Part shown: positions 14,961 to 30,800 of the stretch, piece after piece
Numbering within the stretch: the first letter of the stretch is position 1
Layout of the letters: each line of letters starts with the position of its first letter
Source of the DNA: Bugula neritina
Lineage: Eukaryota; Animalia; Bryozoa
Length of the DNA stretch: 64,000 nt
Reading direction: 5' to 3'
Assembly: GCA_964035545.1 (NCBI GenBank)
Contig: OZ037765.1
Span: 24,055,504-24,119,503, forward strand
Position numbers and translations under genes: made by a program
The notes under the pieces: model-generated
What the model saw: the letters and a program-made list of their open reading frames with translations, nothing else
The model's database searches: none
What the model was told of the DNA's origin: nothing

Positions 14961-15979
14961 GAATAACAAATTCATGATTACAGTGAGTGTGACAGGCTCC
15001 AAGTCGAATAACATTACCTAAGATCACTGAGGCTAACTGTCACTGATTAATTTTTAGCGTTCAGTAAATCACACTCAGCAGATAATATAAATAAATAATA
15101 ATAGTGATAAAGTAGTATTATAAATATAAGTTTTAATTATTTGTATGTTATTATATTTATACATAATAAATATTTACATATAATTTATAAATATTAATAA
15201 TAATACACACTTTTACTTTTAGCATTTATAATATTAATAGTTATAAATTGAAGAAAAATATACTATATACTATTATTATTATATTTATTGTTTATATTAT
15301 TATTATTATATTTGCATCAACCCTTCTATTGAATTTTTTTAGTTTAGTAATTTATTCATAATTTGATTTTTTGTTCTCTCAAACATTAGTCTGTCCAAAA
15401 AATAATATTAGGGATTACTGACAAAAATATCTGAATTGAAAGTCAAAGTTAGGATCTTGATTTGCCAACCTAGACTAACCAAAATTTAGTGTCAGTTTTT
15501 GAGGAGTCTCTACAGAGGTTGTGTGGATTTTTATTTGATAAAAGAAATTAACATTTCAGAGTGAAGCTAAATGCAAACTAAAGTTAATTCCAAATTATTG
15601 TAAATAAGTTTGCTTCAAGTTGTTTTTGTTTGAAGTGGGAATTTCTCATACCTTGCATGCAGATTTACAAGGACAATTTATTAAATATGTCACCGCTATT
15701 CTCCAGTTGTCTTATATGAAACTTCTTTGATCTATTTGTAATTGAATGCTCATTCACAACTTTATCTTTATGGGAGTTGTCATATTTAACCAGTGAATTA
15801 GCTCCCTATGTGCGTAAAACTTTTCTTCATGAAGTTTCTTTTTATTACAGTGACTTCATTCTTTGTTCCCAATGTTAGCATTCTACAGAGCTATTATGCT
15901 GTTATCACTGGAACTATTTGTTATTAGGCTATCATATTTTTATCTTTTTATTTTTAGGTTTTTACCATACATATCTTGA

Positions 15980-17044
<1,065 letters not shown>

Positions 17045-17361
17045 TATGTTTTATTGTGAAACATCTCATAAATTATATTTGGTACATGTATGCATTTTGT
17101 ATTTGTATATTAAAATAAATTAATTAACTCACAAATATTTCTAATATGTAAAACATACATAAAATATAAAGTTATTGGTAGCTATGGTTTACATTACAAT
17201 GAAGGGAATAAATAAGTGTATATATAATTATCAAGAATATAAAACCATAGAAAAGATTTGTAAGAATTGTTTAAACATATTATTAATAAAGCATTAGTTT
17301 TCACCCATTGTAGTAGAAAATATTGAAATCGCAAAAAGTTGCACTATCTAAATATTTCAGT

Positions 17362-20300
17362 TCATTCAAAAAATGTTTGGTCGTTTTGAGCTTCCATCCG
17401 CTCCTTCCTGCACTTATCTCGTCTGAAATAGAATTGACTTTTGTTAATACAAAACTCCCAGTTGAAGTTTTTTAAAATAATGCTGATTTATTTTTAAGGC
17501 AGACTTTAAATTGTTACTATTGATTGCAGGGTAATTTTTTAATGAACTTTATACCTTGATATGTTGAATGATAAATTCTTCACATCACGCATGTTAATCA
17601 AATGAATGGATGGATCAACTTGTACTGCATGACCATGCACTCCAAGGCTTTCTATAATGTAAAACATCAACAGTTTGGTATGTAAAATCAATAAATAATT
17701 GAAGCATTGAGATAACAAATAGCAAACCAGTATTGCATTGCTGGTGTATTGTACCTCTGTTTATGTTTATCAGTTTATGAAAGCTTGATACTAAATGATT
17801 TATGTAGTTCAGTTTATCTCTGACTAAATTAATAAATGGTCTGGTCAACTCTTGCATTAACTATGTTAGCATTTACAGAAGAGCATGTCATTTTATATCT
17901 TAAAATGCAACATAGTAAACCAAAATGGTCATCATATTGGGACATGATAATATACTGTTTTCTAAGTAAGTGTTGTACCAAAACTCTAACTTAATCTAGT
18001 TGACTGAAAGGCAAATTTTAGCCGCTGTAATCAAATACTTTTATACCATTCCCAAAATCAGCCACATAAGGTAGATTTTTGAGGTTTAGGATACAAGTAA
18101 TTACGAATTGTGATTTATAAGCATGAGTATAAACACAGCTAACCTTCATGCGTGGGTCTACTGAGAGCAATATGCTCATATATTGTTGAATCGAGTTTGT
18201 GGCTTTGCTCCAGAAGCTGTAGATATGCCAGTGCACCTGTGACAAGCATAATAATATGTCGAAAAATGAACCCTTGCAATGTTTTGCTAAGCATATAAAA
18301 CCAGTACTGTGAAATATAATTCAGTAAATTGTAAGAGTGTTGCCAATTGTTCAAACTAAACAAAAAGAAACTAGTTTATATAATATGTAATTATATGAAT
18401 CAACTTGATCAAACTTACGCAGAAGAATGGGATAAAATTTGAAAATTACCCTCTCTAAACTTTTTTTAACCATATTGAAAAAAATCTCTGTTTTACAGAT
18501 TCATGTGAAATCAAAATATTTCTAGGGAAACAAATTTTTAGAAGTCTCCTAACTATAAATTCCCAAAACAAAGTAGTCACCTTTATGTTTCATCAAATTT
18601 GAGAATTAAAATGAAATCCATGCTTTGTTCAATGAATGCCAAAAGCATTTGTACAGCTGCAAACTTGCACATTTTTAATTTTCATGGATGAGTAATTTCT
18701 TTTCTCTAGTCAATAGGTGTATGAGTCAATAAATAGATCAATTTTCTGCAGTCTTCATATAATTAGTTACAATTACTTGACCAAAGTGGAGAAACTGGAC
18801 CATAAATACCTGTTATAATATAATATATGGCTATAAGCTTTGCTCAGAAAATAAAACTTATACAAAGCCCCTTTATGTTGCCATGTCTACTTTGGTATTA
18901 GTATACGTTGGCAAATTGACTCATTCTAAACCCTTCGATTGTGTGCGGTGCTGATTAAACTAAATTCCAACTTTCAATTTAAAATATTAAATGTATTGCA
19001 AAAATTGTAACTTTTTGATAGAGTAGAAAGAAAAAGAGTTTGTTTTTATATCTATTAATGCTTAGATATCAAAAATATTGTTTACACTCAGAAGAAATTG
19101 AATTTTAAAACGTTCTACCAAAACAGATTCAATAAATAAAAATTCATGAGAAAATTCTATTGGAATTGTATCCAATGCTTCAATTGTTGTGCTATCATGA
19201 GCATTACGACACTTGTTAATTTATTAGCCTTACATGCCAACTTGCTAACGTGCACATGGAAGACATCTGCCTGAGTAGTTTGCAAAAGTAACAACGTTTC
19301 TGAGAAGAGTGCCTTCCTCAGCTTCTCATCTGGCACTTGCAGCAAGTGGTCTGCTGCTTCACTAAACTCTTCATCATTCATAATTCCCAACTCTCGGCTG
19401 GGATACTGCATCAGCTGCTGTTCTAACTGTAAATAATTGTAGCAAAAAGCATATGTCAATGTTGTAGATCACACCAGTGCAAAACTTATTTTTAGTGCAA
19501 AAAAATAAACCACAGTTGTAAAATGAGAAATAGAAGCTATTCATAATAAACGATGTTTTTAGCTGAGAGACAACTCTAAATAATTTTACTCTTGAAAAAT
19601 ATTTTTGAAGTCTTTTACTTGAAAGCAAAGGTGTACACAGCTAGGATAAATGAAAGCTATGAACGTAAAGATTTTTATTAACAAACCTAAAACTTGCTAT
19701 TTAGTAATTATACTATATAATTCTGTTTATGGGAAAGCTTTGTAAAATATTTATGCTGTTACTCAAAATTTGCCAAGTTAAACTTATAACAGCTCTAACA
19801 GTTTAAGTTTTATTTCTATGTTATGCAACTGTCTAAAACAAGTATTCGACATTATTGAGTATAGTAAATTGTTTTTAATATTATTTTTTCAGTAAATTCG
19901 TTTTTTCTCTTTGAAAAAAGAAGACAACTTTAGGTCACGATTGCGACAAACTCGTTGATGTAAATTATTCAAGTTCATCTTACATCTTGTATCCTAGGCT
20001 CACGCCCTTTCAATGTCAGATAGAGAATGTATTCAAATACGTGAAGCTTAGATATCTTGTTCTCACTGAATGACACATAACCCATCTGTATGGACTCCAA
20101 GTCTTCATCCTACACCACATAATTCTTGTATAATAAGAACGTTATTTCATAGAACATAATATTCTGACTTTACTATTGAAATTTCAATCTCAAATGTTAT
20201 AATGACTGAGTTACCTGAATAAATGGATAAACTAATCCAGCAAATGCTCGAAAATCTTCAACATCTTTCCAGTCAATAGTTTCAATATAGTTGCAGAGGA

Positions 20301-23300
20301 GCAAGATGTATCTACATGCTGAAAAGTCTATGTTTCCAACCAGAGAGTGGGCAAAGAGTTGGAGGTCCTACAATATAAGCATTGTAAGAATTATAATTTA
20401 CAAAAATACATAATTATAGTTATAAAAAACCTCATTCAAGTTTTATAGTCACTATCTCTGTGAGAAACCCCTGATAGAAAAGGTTTTTTAAAGACTTATT
20501 CATATGTAACACAGGAGCAATTATAACTGGATGCTCTTCCTAACATCACCAATGGCCTTTACTGGGATCAAACTCATGACCTAAAGTTTACTAAGCCCAC
20601 GCTCTAACTATGGCTGCTCCACATAAATATAGTTATGCTTCCTGTTTAGTTCTTCATTAAACAAAATAATAAATCTATTTAACTGTAATAAAACCTACAC
20701 GGTGAGTTCGAGAGTATGAAACCACAGCTGACAAAAAGTCATGAACAGCAGCAAACTTGGCCTCATCTTTTATGTAACGGTCGCCAAAGAATTGGTAAAG
20801 GTTGTCCTGAAAATAAAAAAGCAGACAGGCATTAGTTTTTGTCTGCATGACAGTAACACACATGCATAATTATACCAGTCTCTAATGTGTATATGGCTAC
20901 AAACATATTTATGCCATCCAGTTTGTAGAAACTGATGAAATAATTAAATTAGTTTAAGTGATATATTGATAAATTGCAATGATAGGGACCAAATATTTAC
21001 AGTTGTGAGATCTTATAATTACTGTGAAAGCATACAAATATACATATCAGAACTGTGAGAAAATACCATGATGTTTTATACCAGACGCAGTACTAAACAT
21101 ACTTTTAAATTACTGTAGTACTATAGCAGAGATTCATTTTAAAAACATGATTAAAATTCTGACCATAACAGAGCCATATCCATCTTCTTCAGAAGCACAT
21201 TCATCCTGCCAGGCGATATATGCATGGAACTGCTCATAGAATGACATGGTTCTCTCCTAAAGTTTATGGTATCAACTATCAACAGCAGTTCAATTGAAGA
21301 AAGCCAAATACATTGTGCTTTATTGTAAGCCATGTAAAAAAATAAATAGGTTGAATTAACTTGTTTCAAATGCATAATTATTTTAATTAGCAGTCACAAT
21401 AAGTGTTATAATTTTATAACATAATGGTGTCTTAGCAAGAAATTGAAATAATTTTGTGCCAAAAGTAATTATTTATATAAATGCTATAAAACTACACATA
21501 CAAGTAATAGCCGAAACATATTTCACACATACAAATGCTATAATGCTAGGCGTGAGTTTATTTGGTTGCAGTCACAAAACAATTTATATACCGTAGATGC
21601 ATCTTGACAGAGAAGTGAAAGTTGAAATTCAACTTACCAATGATAACTTTCTGCCAATAGTCCTCTCTGTGTCTGTCCTGATCTTGTAGTCTTCAAAGAT
21701 GCTTTGCAATGAAGTCTTCATCTGCACTATCTTAGAAGCAGACGTCACAGACATTGCTGATGCTGGAGTTGTCTTTTCACTTTCACCAAAACTTTTTTCT
21801 GATTTTATTCCAGCAGAGCGTTTGGTAGGAAAGAAATGAGGTATGGTGCTTGCAGTTGGGGGTGGTTTGAGCTCTCTGTGCAATATTACATGCTAACATT
21901 ACAATATTTGTTATAGAAACAAGGCTGCACACAATTCCAATATGAGCAGAATACTAATCGTATGCAAATTCTGTTCAACAGCTAGGACTAGCATGATCCA
22001 TTAAATATTTCAAAATATAATAAAATATATATTAGTAGTTATTAGGATTTTCATTTTATTAAATGTTGTACTCATTATATAACAATTACAGCAATAATTG
22101 AAATACTAGTATGAAGTTCACCATAGATAACACAAATATTGAACAACTACTTCTAAAGGAGCTAGAAATAATTCTAGCCTATAGTTGTGTATAATACACA
22201 TTTTTACAATAGTGAAACTATTCACAGCTCACCCTTCTACATCTCTCGCAATCTTTACACTAGGTCTTTTCAATTTGATGTGAGTGACTTTGTGAGGCAT
22301 CAGTATAATCTTGCTCTCTCCCAACACTTTGTGTGGACACGCAATTGTCTGAAACATAAATAATTCTTCTCAATCTAGCACAGAAAAATGTTTTTTTATA
22401 CATATAATTTATGTTTTTGGCTAGATAACAAAATAAACATACCTAGCATGCTATAAATTTATATAGAATCAGCTTTTGGGAAACCAATGAAAAAGTCTAT
22501 TGAAAAGCTCAATTTTGTGGCAATTTTTGTACTTCTGACATTTAGCCTGAATGCGCTAACACTGGAATACCTTTCATACAATACATACATAAAGCAACTG
22601 GAAAGATGCTTAAATTTGCAAAACATGACCTGATGAAACTATACTTGTGCAATACATTTAACACATACTATATACATATATGGTCAGCTAGAACATTTTT
22701 ACTTTGCTTAATAATAATGGGTATACACGTACCTTTTCATGACAACTTTCACAGTATTGACAATCTTGGTGAATGTAATAGTTTTTGCCAGCATCTTGTG
22801 AATAGTACAGCATAACAGAATATTTACTAAATATTCTCTCATGGGGAATAAATTGGTCCTGTTGGTATTCTTCATTGACGTAATCAGATGGGTCTAAACT
22901 CATTTTCTGTATTTCCTCTATAAAAAGTTAGAGCAATTTTTATTTCAAGTGATACCAAATTAATCCTATCCTAAAACCCCAATAACTTTATTTAAAGTTT
23001 CAAAGAATAGATGCCAATTAAAAATTAATGTTTACCCAGCGTTATAGGCTCATCAGGCGCTTTCTCTTTTTGTTTTGGTTTAGCCTTTTTATTGCCCTTC
23101 GGCTTGTTCTTTCTATAACATCACAAAATATTCTACATATTTTATCTATTATTTTGGAGTTATTGGTCAACCATGTCATTTTTAGACAAAATTTGTAGAT
23201 AAAAAGTGATATATTTGGGAGTTGTTTTCTCATTGTAAAAAATTGTTTTAAATGTAAATATTTTTAAAATAGCTCTTCATATTTGCAATGAGCCATAATG

Positions 23301-26300
23301 GAAAAATCGTTGTCAAAATCACTTGAAATGCACATAACAATTAAACGTAAAAAGCAAAATTACCATAACCATACCATTACCATACAGTAACTCAACTTAC
23401 TGCTCATCTTCGACAATAGTAGCCAGTTGCTCTTCTAGCATATCATGGTGCTGTTGAAGCAAACTGAGCTCTTCGTTTATCTCCTCCATGGCACCTTTGA
23501 ATCTTTCTTGCACAGACCATAGCTAAAAAAAGTCAAAATAAATCCATATGGTAGCAAACTTATGGGCTTTTTCCAGAGTAAGTCAGTGATAATGCAACAC
23601 ACATACCCACGGTAGGGCTTTCTTAGCAACGTTCTGCTCAAAGAAGTATATGTTAAGATAAGTGTGAGCACCTGAAATTTTGTATATTTAAAACTCAGTA
23701 TGTATGTATATATATATACTATAATGGTGGCAGTAGATGTAGAGTTATGTTAATCATAATATTTTTTGTTTTACTGTTTTAACGACACATTTAACTTTGG
23801 TTTAAATTTTATGGGATTACTACAACTTATATTTAGATAGTTCATTTACTATTTGCATAGTTGGGAGTTGCAAATGAATGCAACGATATGTTAAATTATC
23901 AAGATTGAAAGAATTACTTCTTGGTCAGCCTGATCAATTTCTCTATCCATTTTCCTAGTTGCCAGGACATCCGGGTTGTTTAATATTTTCTTTTTAGCTA
24001 TGTCTGTCTTCTGTTCCTCTAGATACTCATCATATTCTGTAGAAATATTATTTCTGCTCACCACATTTTATATTCATAAAAAACATTATTACTAAAATCG
24101 CAATAAACTCACACATAAAAACACATACCAATTATATAAATAATAGATTAAAAACAAATTTTATACTTTTGAAAATTTTAAAAGTATGAAGTTAATAGTG
24201 ACAATTTCCATATTTGTGAGTGTCAAACTCACATTATGGTCAGTCACTATGTATATAGGCTATAGCTAATACAGCTTTTCAACATAGGAGTTCAGGCACT
24301 AACAATTATTATAGATTCACGCAAAAATAAATGCAGACATCTCCACTCAAGATAGTTCTATGTCACTTACGCTCAATCATTGTGTTCATTACAGTGAGAA
24401 TCTGTTCCTTGAACTTTTTGGTAGACAAAAGGTTGCTAACAATGTGTTCCTGAAATGATAAAAATGTGCACGAAAACAAAATAATAATTTAGCAGCATTG
24501 CAAAATAGTGCTCAATAAACTAATTCATGTGTTTACTTAAATTATAAACTTGTCATGTAAGTGTAATAGCAGTTCCTAAAAGTTGTTAGTAAAAAACCCA
24601 ATAACTATTCTAGCGTCAAGGTAAATTATAAAACATACAAAAGTGCAGCAGACAAAATGCTCTTATCAATATGTGAATTTTTGCATTAATAGCAGACCTT
24701 TTTAGTAGCAACAACTGTTTCCTTTGGTTGATAAGCATTGAATCTATTGGTGTCTGTAGGAACAAGAGCTGATGTTTGATCTATGAAATCTTCATCAAGA
24801 CGATCATAACCTTCTTTAAATGTTGAGAGATATTTGATTTCTTCATCTTTCTCATTACAATCAAACTTTAAATAAATTATAAGAAAGAAGATGTATTTCG
24901 TTGGGTTCAATAATTTTTTCGATTGCATAATATTTTGAATCAAACACAAGTTTATATTTGAACTAGGATACTCTAATTACAACAGCCAAAAAGAAAAATA
25001 TTTTTGTGGCATTATTGTTAGTGTAAAATAAACTCCTAACATTCTATACAAATAACACATACAATCTTGTTTCATTATAGCTTGTATGTACATATTACAG
25101 AATGTAAAGTACATTATTTGAGCCTAGCAAATTAGGACTATCTTTTATAAATATTTTTTGTATTTGAAGACACTTTTTGAGTAACAGACTAATATAGGAT
25201 TATTAGATAAAACATATTATAATCTCAAAAAAAGTTCTAGAATGATTTTTAGCAGTTATCCACATATAGAACATTGTTGAATGTAATATTATACTTGCTC
25301 ATATGTAATTAGAGCTCATATTTTAATAAGATACACCTCTGTAATATCTATGTAAGTAAAATATAGTTTGATTACAACTCAATAGCATTAAATTAACCTG
25401 CAAAGAATCACAATATCTGTTTAGCTCAGCTTCAGTTTCTTGATGAGCCTTTGATGTATCTTCAATTTCCATCTGTAATCTACATAATCAAATGACTTAG
25501 AATGTTGAATAGCTTACAAATGTATAAGCATAGCACTGCGTTACATTAATTTAAATAATATACCTTCGAGATACAGATTCTTGTTTTGCAAGCTTCTTCT
25601 CCAAATCAATTAGTTGATGCTGCAGATCACTATTTTCAGAATTCCGTAAAGCTATTGTAGCTAAGGCTTCTTCAAACTCTTGTTGCTTTGAAAAAAGTCT
25701 GCCAGCAAAAACATACACAGCATATTATGTACTGCTTATTACATAACAGTATAGCACAATAAAGATTACAATGCGACTCAACTTTTCAGTTAATTTTCTA
25801 CACAGAGTTGTGCATTAATAAGCTTATGCTTTACTTTAAAGCACGGACCTTTCCTGCAGAATATCAAGTTGTGATTGCAAATCATCAGAGACATTATCAC
25901 GGGATTGTACGAGCTTTTTAAGCAACACATAATGCGGAACTCGGTCTACATGATTTGAAGCAGCTGTTTGGGTCCTTGACCCAGATATATTAGTCATCTT
26001 GGAAGCTCTGGCAGTATGATGCTCATCACTGAATACATACTCTATCAAAAAGATTATATGCATTTCAAAGAATGACAAAGTTAAAATAAGGTGGCTCCAA
26101 GAAAATATTTGATGGTCACATTTTCAAGCATATGTTTAGACCTAAAGTATGCATGTACTATAACAGTGTTATACAAAGTAAACATGCTACAGATACAAAT
26201 GCCGCTTACCGTAAAGCTCCTCTCTTATCTTTGAAAAAATTGGTTTGAAAACTCCAAGGTGTGGAATAAGGTTGTCAAAAACTTGAAAAAGAAGAGCACT

Positions 26301-26359
26301 TCTTTCTTCTGACATTCTTTTCGCATCATTTTCTTTGATAAGCAACTCATATTTTGCCA
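17362..26359 (-). CDS. Uncharacterised multi-exon coiled-coil protein with TSNAXIP1-like N- and C-terminal regions
   Basis: About 20 GT-AG exons were read, from AKYELLIKEND...LLFQVFDNLIPHLGVFKPIFSKIREELY (26359-26211) through a coiled coil, a FIPHERIFSKY...YCESCHEKTIACPHK segment and a helical C-terminal region, to RDKCRKERMEAQNDQTFFE* (stop 17362-17364). Most junctions were phase-checked. The start is unresolved (in-frame Met at 26315, or an upstream exon near 26510-26610). Confidence 0.75.
20440..20620 (-). mobile_element. tRNA-derived SINE, copy 2 (intronic)
   Basis: The reverse complement reads ...GGCTTAGTAAAC...GAGTTTGATCCCAGTAAAGGCCATTGGTGATGTTAGGAAGAGCATCCAGTTATAATTGCTCCTGTG, collinear with 5111-5235. 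Confidence 0.7.
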
Positions 26360-27299
26360 CTAAATAAACATTATAAACTGCGCAATGTAGTGAACGTAGC
26401 AGAAATACATAAGTAAATACATAATTTTTACTTCAGTCAAAGCGAATTTATATAAAAATGAATTGTTCAGATGGGTATATAGCAATGAATTTATTGTTAT
26501 TGTTACTAACCTAAACAGTCGGTATCAACAACCTTATTAGCTTCAATTTTTCTTTTTTCTACAATATCTGTAGGCTCTTGTGGAGATCGTTTCATCTTGA
26601 GTATTGAGCTAAATCAGATTTAAAAAAAAAAGTGTTCTAGTTATCAATTTGATATATTCTTTAAAAATATCATGCAACAAAACAGCTTGTAAGTACAACA
26701 AACTATGTTTTGTAGCAGTGCTCCAAGTCTAACATAAATATATAAGTTGTGTTATATGCAATATATTTAAAACATTTAAAACTTTTTATATACTGTTTAT
26801 TCATCGATTTACTTTAATTTAAAAAGAAAATCTATTGCAGTTAGATAACCTTGCATACACCACAACTTAAACTTTAAAGTCAACTTATATACATCTAGCA
26901 TACAACATGCTGCTCGTAATTTGTTAGCTTAACATTATTAATCATAGAAGTTTAACTATTAGTATTTGTCATCAACAAATCATTAAATATTTTTCAACAG
27001 ATTTCAATTAAATTTCATTATATTTCTTCTTAAATTAAATTGCTAATATTTGCATATTAATTATAATAAGTATACATTTTATAGACTGTTCGAGTGTCCG
27101 TATTCATAATCATATTGATGTAAAATTTAAAGTAACTGTAATTGACAACTGAAAAACTAAATGGTTCGCTCAGTATTTATTAATATTATTCCTATTATAA
27201 TGGTACTCATAATTATGATGTAGGTGCATTTTTGCAACAACTTAAAATCCCGAAAGCAATGAAATGTTTTAGTTGATCTAAACTACTGCAGTTCGGTAA

Positions 27300-27819
27300 A
27301 TATAGCTGAAAATCAAAATGAATCTCTCTAGGGGTAGTATGGAGTTGACCGACCATATAGCTGTATACCAATTATTGTGGGGCTTAGTAGTTCTGTCACC
27401 ATGCAGACACACGCGGGTTGTAAATAAGCGTGGATCATTGGACAATCTATGTTAGAGTCACTGGCATTGGTTTACATTTGACATTGACGTCTTTGGTAGT
27501 TTGTTCGATCGTCTAATGTGTAAATGAATGGGAGAACAATCATTCCCGTACTAAAAGGGCGTGAATAGTCCCGATGTATATCTGCAGTAGAAAGGGTACT
27601 TCATTCCGAATAATATGTTATCAAGCGCCTGCAATGATAACCTACAGGCCAATAAGCAGAGCCGTGCGCGTATTTGACTAAATTCAAGCCGTGGTTTATG
27701 CTCATTTATCAGTACTGGTACGTGAAGTATAAGTATTGCACTCTTGTCTGTTAAATCTAGGTATAGTAGCTAAGAAGAGAATAGATGTTAGTTTTAGGTA
27801 ATATATAAACGATAGATTC
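27300..27819. promoter_or_regulatory. Bidirectional promoter between the coiled-coil gene and MOCS2
   Basis: CpG-enriched stretch between divergent genes, with CCAAT (~27649) and an X-box-like GTCACCATGCAGAC (27395-27408). Confidence 0.5.
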
Positions 27820-30800
27820 ATGTCTTCTACAACTACGCCTACAAACACAAAGTCTAACAGCTCTTCAAATTTAATAAAGGTATCCATTTCAATTTGAGTT
27901 TTGAGTTTTATCATGATGATCAATGATGATGATCATCATCATCGTGTCCATCATCATCAAATTGAAACTGATGATGCTTGTTGGAATTATTATAATTATT
28001 CATTAAAACTAAGACACTTGAAAATGAGTGATAAATTTAAATCATGTATGTTTTATTCTCGAATATGAATCTTTATATTAAATTTAAACATTTCGTACAA
28101 TTTCAATTTGAATTATTCCTAAATTAGTAAATAATAATAATAATTAATTTCTCACCTAGAACCTAGAGAGCTGTTGTTCTGCACAGGTAGCCGTTTTGCA
28201 GGATCCAAGCTCAATCAGTGAGCCCTATCTGATTCAGCAGTTGGCACCCTCTTGCTAAAGGTCCTACTCCTAGCATTTCATGTCGGGTTTTAGTATTTTT
28301 ACAGTATCTTTACATCTCTGTCGGGGTCTTCCTCCTCTCTTCTGCAAACATATCCATACCAGCGTCTTTTGCTCATGTCTGTAGATACTTCTTTCACCCT
28401 GGCCTGTTTTGTGGCTATATAATTTTCAACTAGTTATCCCAAATATGTGCCTTGGCATTCTCATTTCTGTTGTGTTTATCCTATCTCCCATTCTATGAGT
28501 AACTGGCTAGGGTTCATTACCATACAGGAGTGCAGGTTTGAAAGATGTTTTGTGCAGAAGGACTTTAAGTTTATTTGATACCTTCTTATCATACAGCATT
28601 CCTGACAGATTTCCTCAAGTCACTCCAATCCTTCTAGCTACTTTAGCGTCACACCAATCCATGGGAAGTATTACTTCAAACAGAATTATTCACTGGTGTT
28701 CTGCAGTTTTCATATATTTTTAGTCTGATATACTTCTTTGGCGCATGTTTCTTCCTTAAGCAATACCAGATCAAATCGCTTGATAAGGTGTCACATGCTT
28801 GTTCAAGGCTGACAAAAACTAGGTGAAGATCCTGTTGCTACTCTTTCATTCTTTTTTGTAGCATTCTCAAACAGAACATTGGCTGGATTGTAGATTTCCC
28901 ATATTATTAATATAAATTTTACCATTAGTATTAGGTACTAATACATTTTGTAATAAAACACTATTAATGTAAAATTAAATATGTTTATATTATGGTTTTA
29001 ACTATAAAATTAACTCAGTTGTGATTATTGATTGTACTGATTGTGTTATACCATATTGGACTTATGCCCACTAGCCTGTTTTTAATGATAACGTTTCCCA
29101 AAAATATGAGTTGGTCCTAGTAAGGCTGTCTGTTAGATCAGCGTGTTTTTTCTTTAGCTAATCCAAAAATACGGTTTTATCTTATGGTCTTATAGTCTTA
29201 TATATAGCTTGAAGAACTTAAATACTATAGGAGAATGACTTGTTGAGGTTTTTCAAAGATTGGCGAATTCTAATGTCAGATCCTGATATTTTGCTAATCT
29301 GTTGATTTTTTCTCTCTCACTCAGTAGTAACCAGGGACAGCTATATTGATAACCTTTGTTTATGCATTACTCCGTGTCAGGCCTCATGGCTTTGATGACC
29401 CTGTTGGTGTGTACATTAAAATCTCACTAGATTTTTATGCTGTTTCTTTCCATTATGAAGTTAATTTGATAGTCAAACCAATTCTTACTCCTTTGGAATA
29501 TGTGGATTTCACACAACTGGCAGTGAATTATAAAAGATCATGTCTCTTCTTATATTTGTTGTGTACTAGCTTCTCATATTTTTTGAGCATATTATGCTTC
29601 ACAATTCCATTTCTTGCCTTGCACATCTGACACTTCTTGCTGCCACGTTCCTCTGTTAGGTTCCTAGTGAAAAGTGCCTAATCTTGAGCAGTCAACAACA
29701 GGCCCTCTGTTTTATTTTCAATTCATCTTTGTCCTACCAGTTCACATCTCCTCATGGATGGGGTGTGAGATTTATTGTCACCAGATTCTTTGTCCTGCTA
29801 TCTATCTCTTTCAGCTCGGCAACAGTTCAGTCCAGCATCCCAGCTGGGTAATGTACTGCTGCAACTGCCATATATTCGTTGTTTTTATTGTAACTTCTAA
29901 ACCCAGTTTCAAGTCCAAAACTTTTCTTATTCGTTTGTAATACCTTTTTCACCTTATTATTCAGCTCTTTTATTTTATTCTACCCGTCTCTAACTCTAAG
30001 GTATTTGCAAGGCTGGTTACCATCATTTTTATTACTGATTCTTTTGTCCTCTATTTTCCCCCCTTCTCATGATTAGTGTGGAACAAAGTGGCAAAACATT
30101 AATGTTTTTGTTGCTATCATTAATTTTGTTATCGCTATTATTACAGTTGTTTTTTTAGTATTATTTATTTCATAAATGGTTATTTATCATTGCAGTACTG
30201 CACAGTTGTCCAAGTTTTAAGCAACGTTTGTCATTTCTTTAGTTCAAGTTTGTTAATTATTTTTAAATTATACATTAATGAAGTAGTTGCTAACCAGCAT
30301 ATCTAACTTTTAAATTGTATTTTAACTCGAAGTGAAATTTTGTCAGACTTGACTGTAAGCTACAGTAAAAAACATAACTGCACAATTATGAAAGGTTTTT
30401 GTCACAGTATTACTATTATTAATAGTTGCACTATAAAATTGATAGTTTAATATTAATATTTTCCATCATAGCCACTTTTTGAGTTTTGTTTTTACTACAT
30501 TGAAATTTTTACTATACATGTTCTCGAACATCAACTTTATATAACGTTTGCTCTGTCAATAAGTGTTTCAAGCTTTTTTTGTTAAAATAACATTTCATGT
30601 TTTTGCTGAAAATTATGTTTGTGCTGTTTTTGTTTAGATTAAAGTTTTGCTGTTTGCCAAAGCAAGAGACCTGGTTGGTGAAGATTCTGTGTACATTTCT
30701 CTGCCACATAAGATAGAGTACCAAGAGCTGATCAATAGTATTTTTCAGCAGTTATCTAGGTACAAATATATATATTATGTTTAGCACCTTGTTGATTACA

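Noticed and set aside
17362-21900. Initial impression of a PP2A B'' subunit (PPP2R3C) from IPHFF and EF-hand-like segments
   Set aside because: The spliced translation lacks the family motifs and is continuous with the upstream coiled-coil exons, so it is one different gene.
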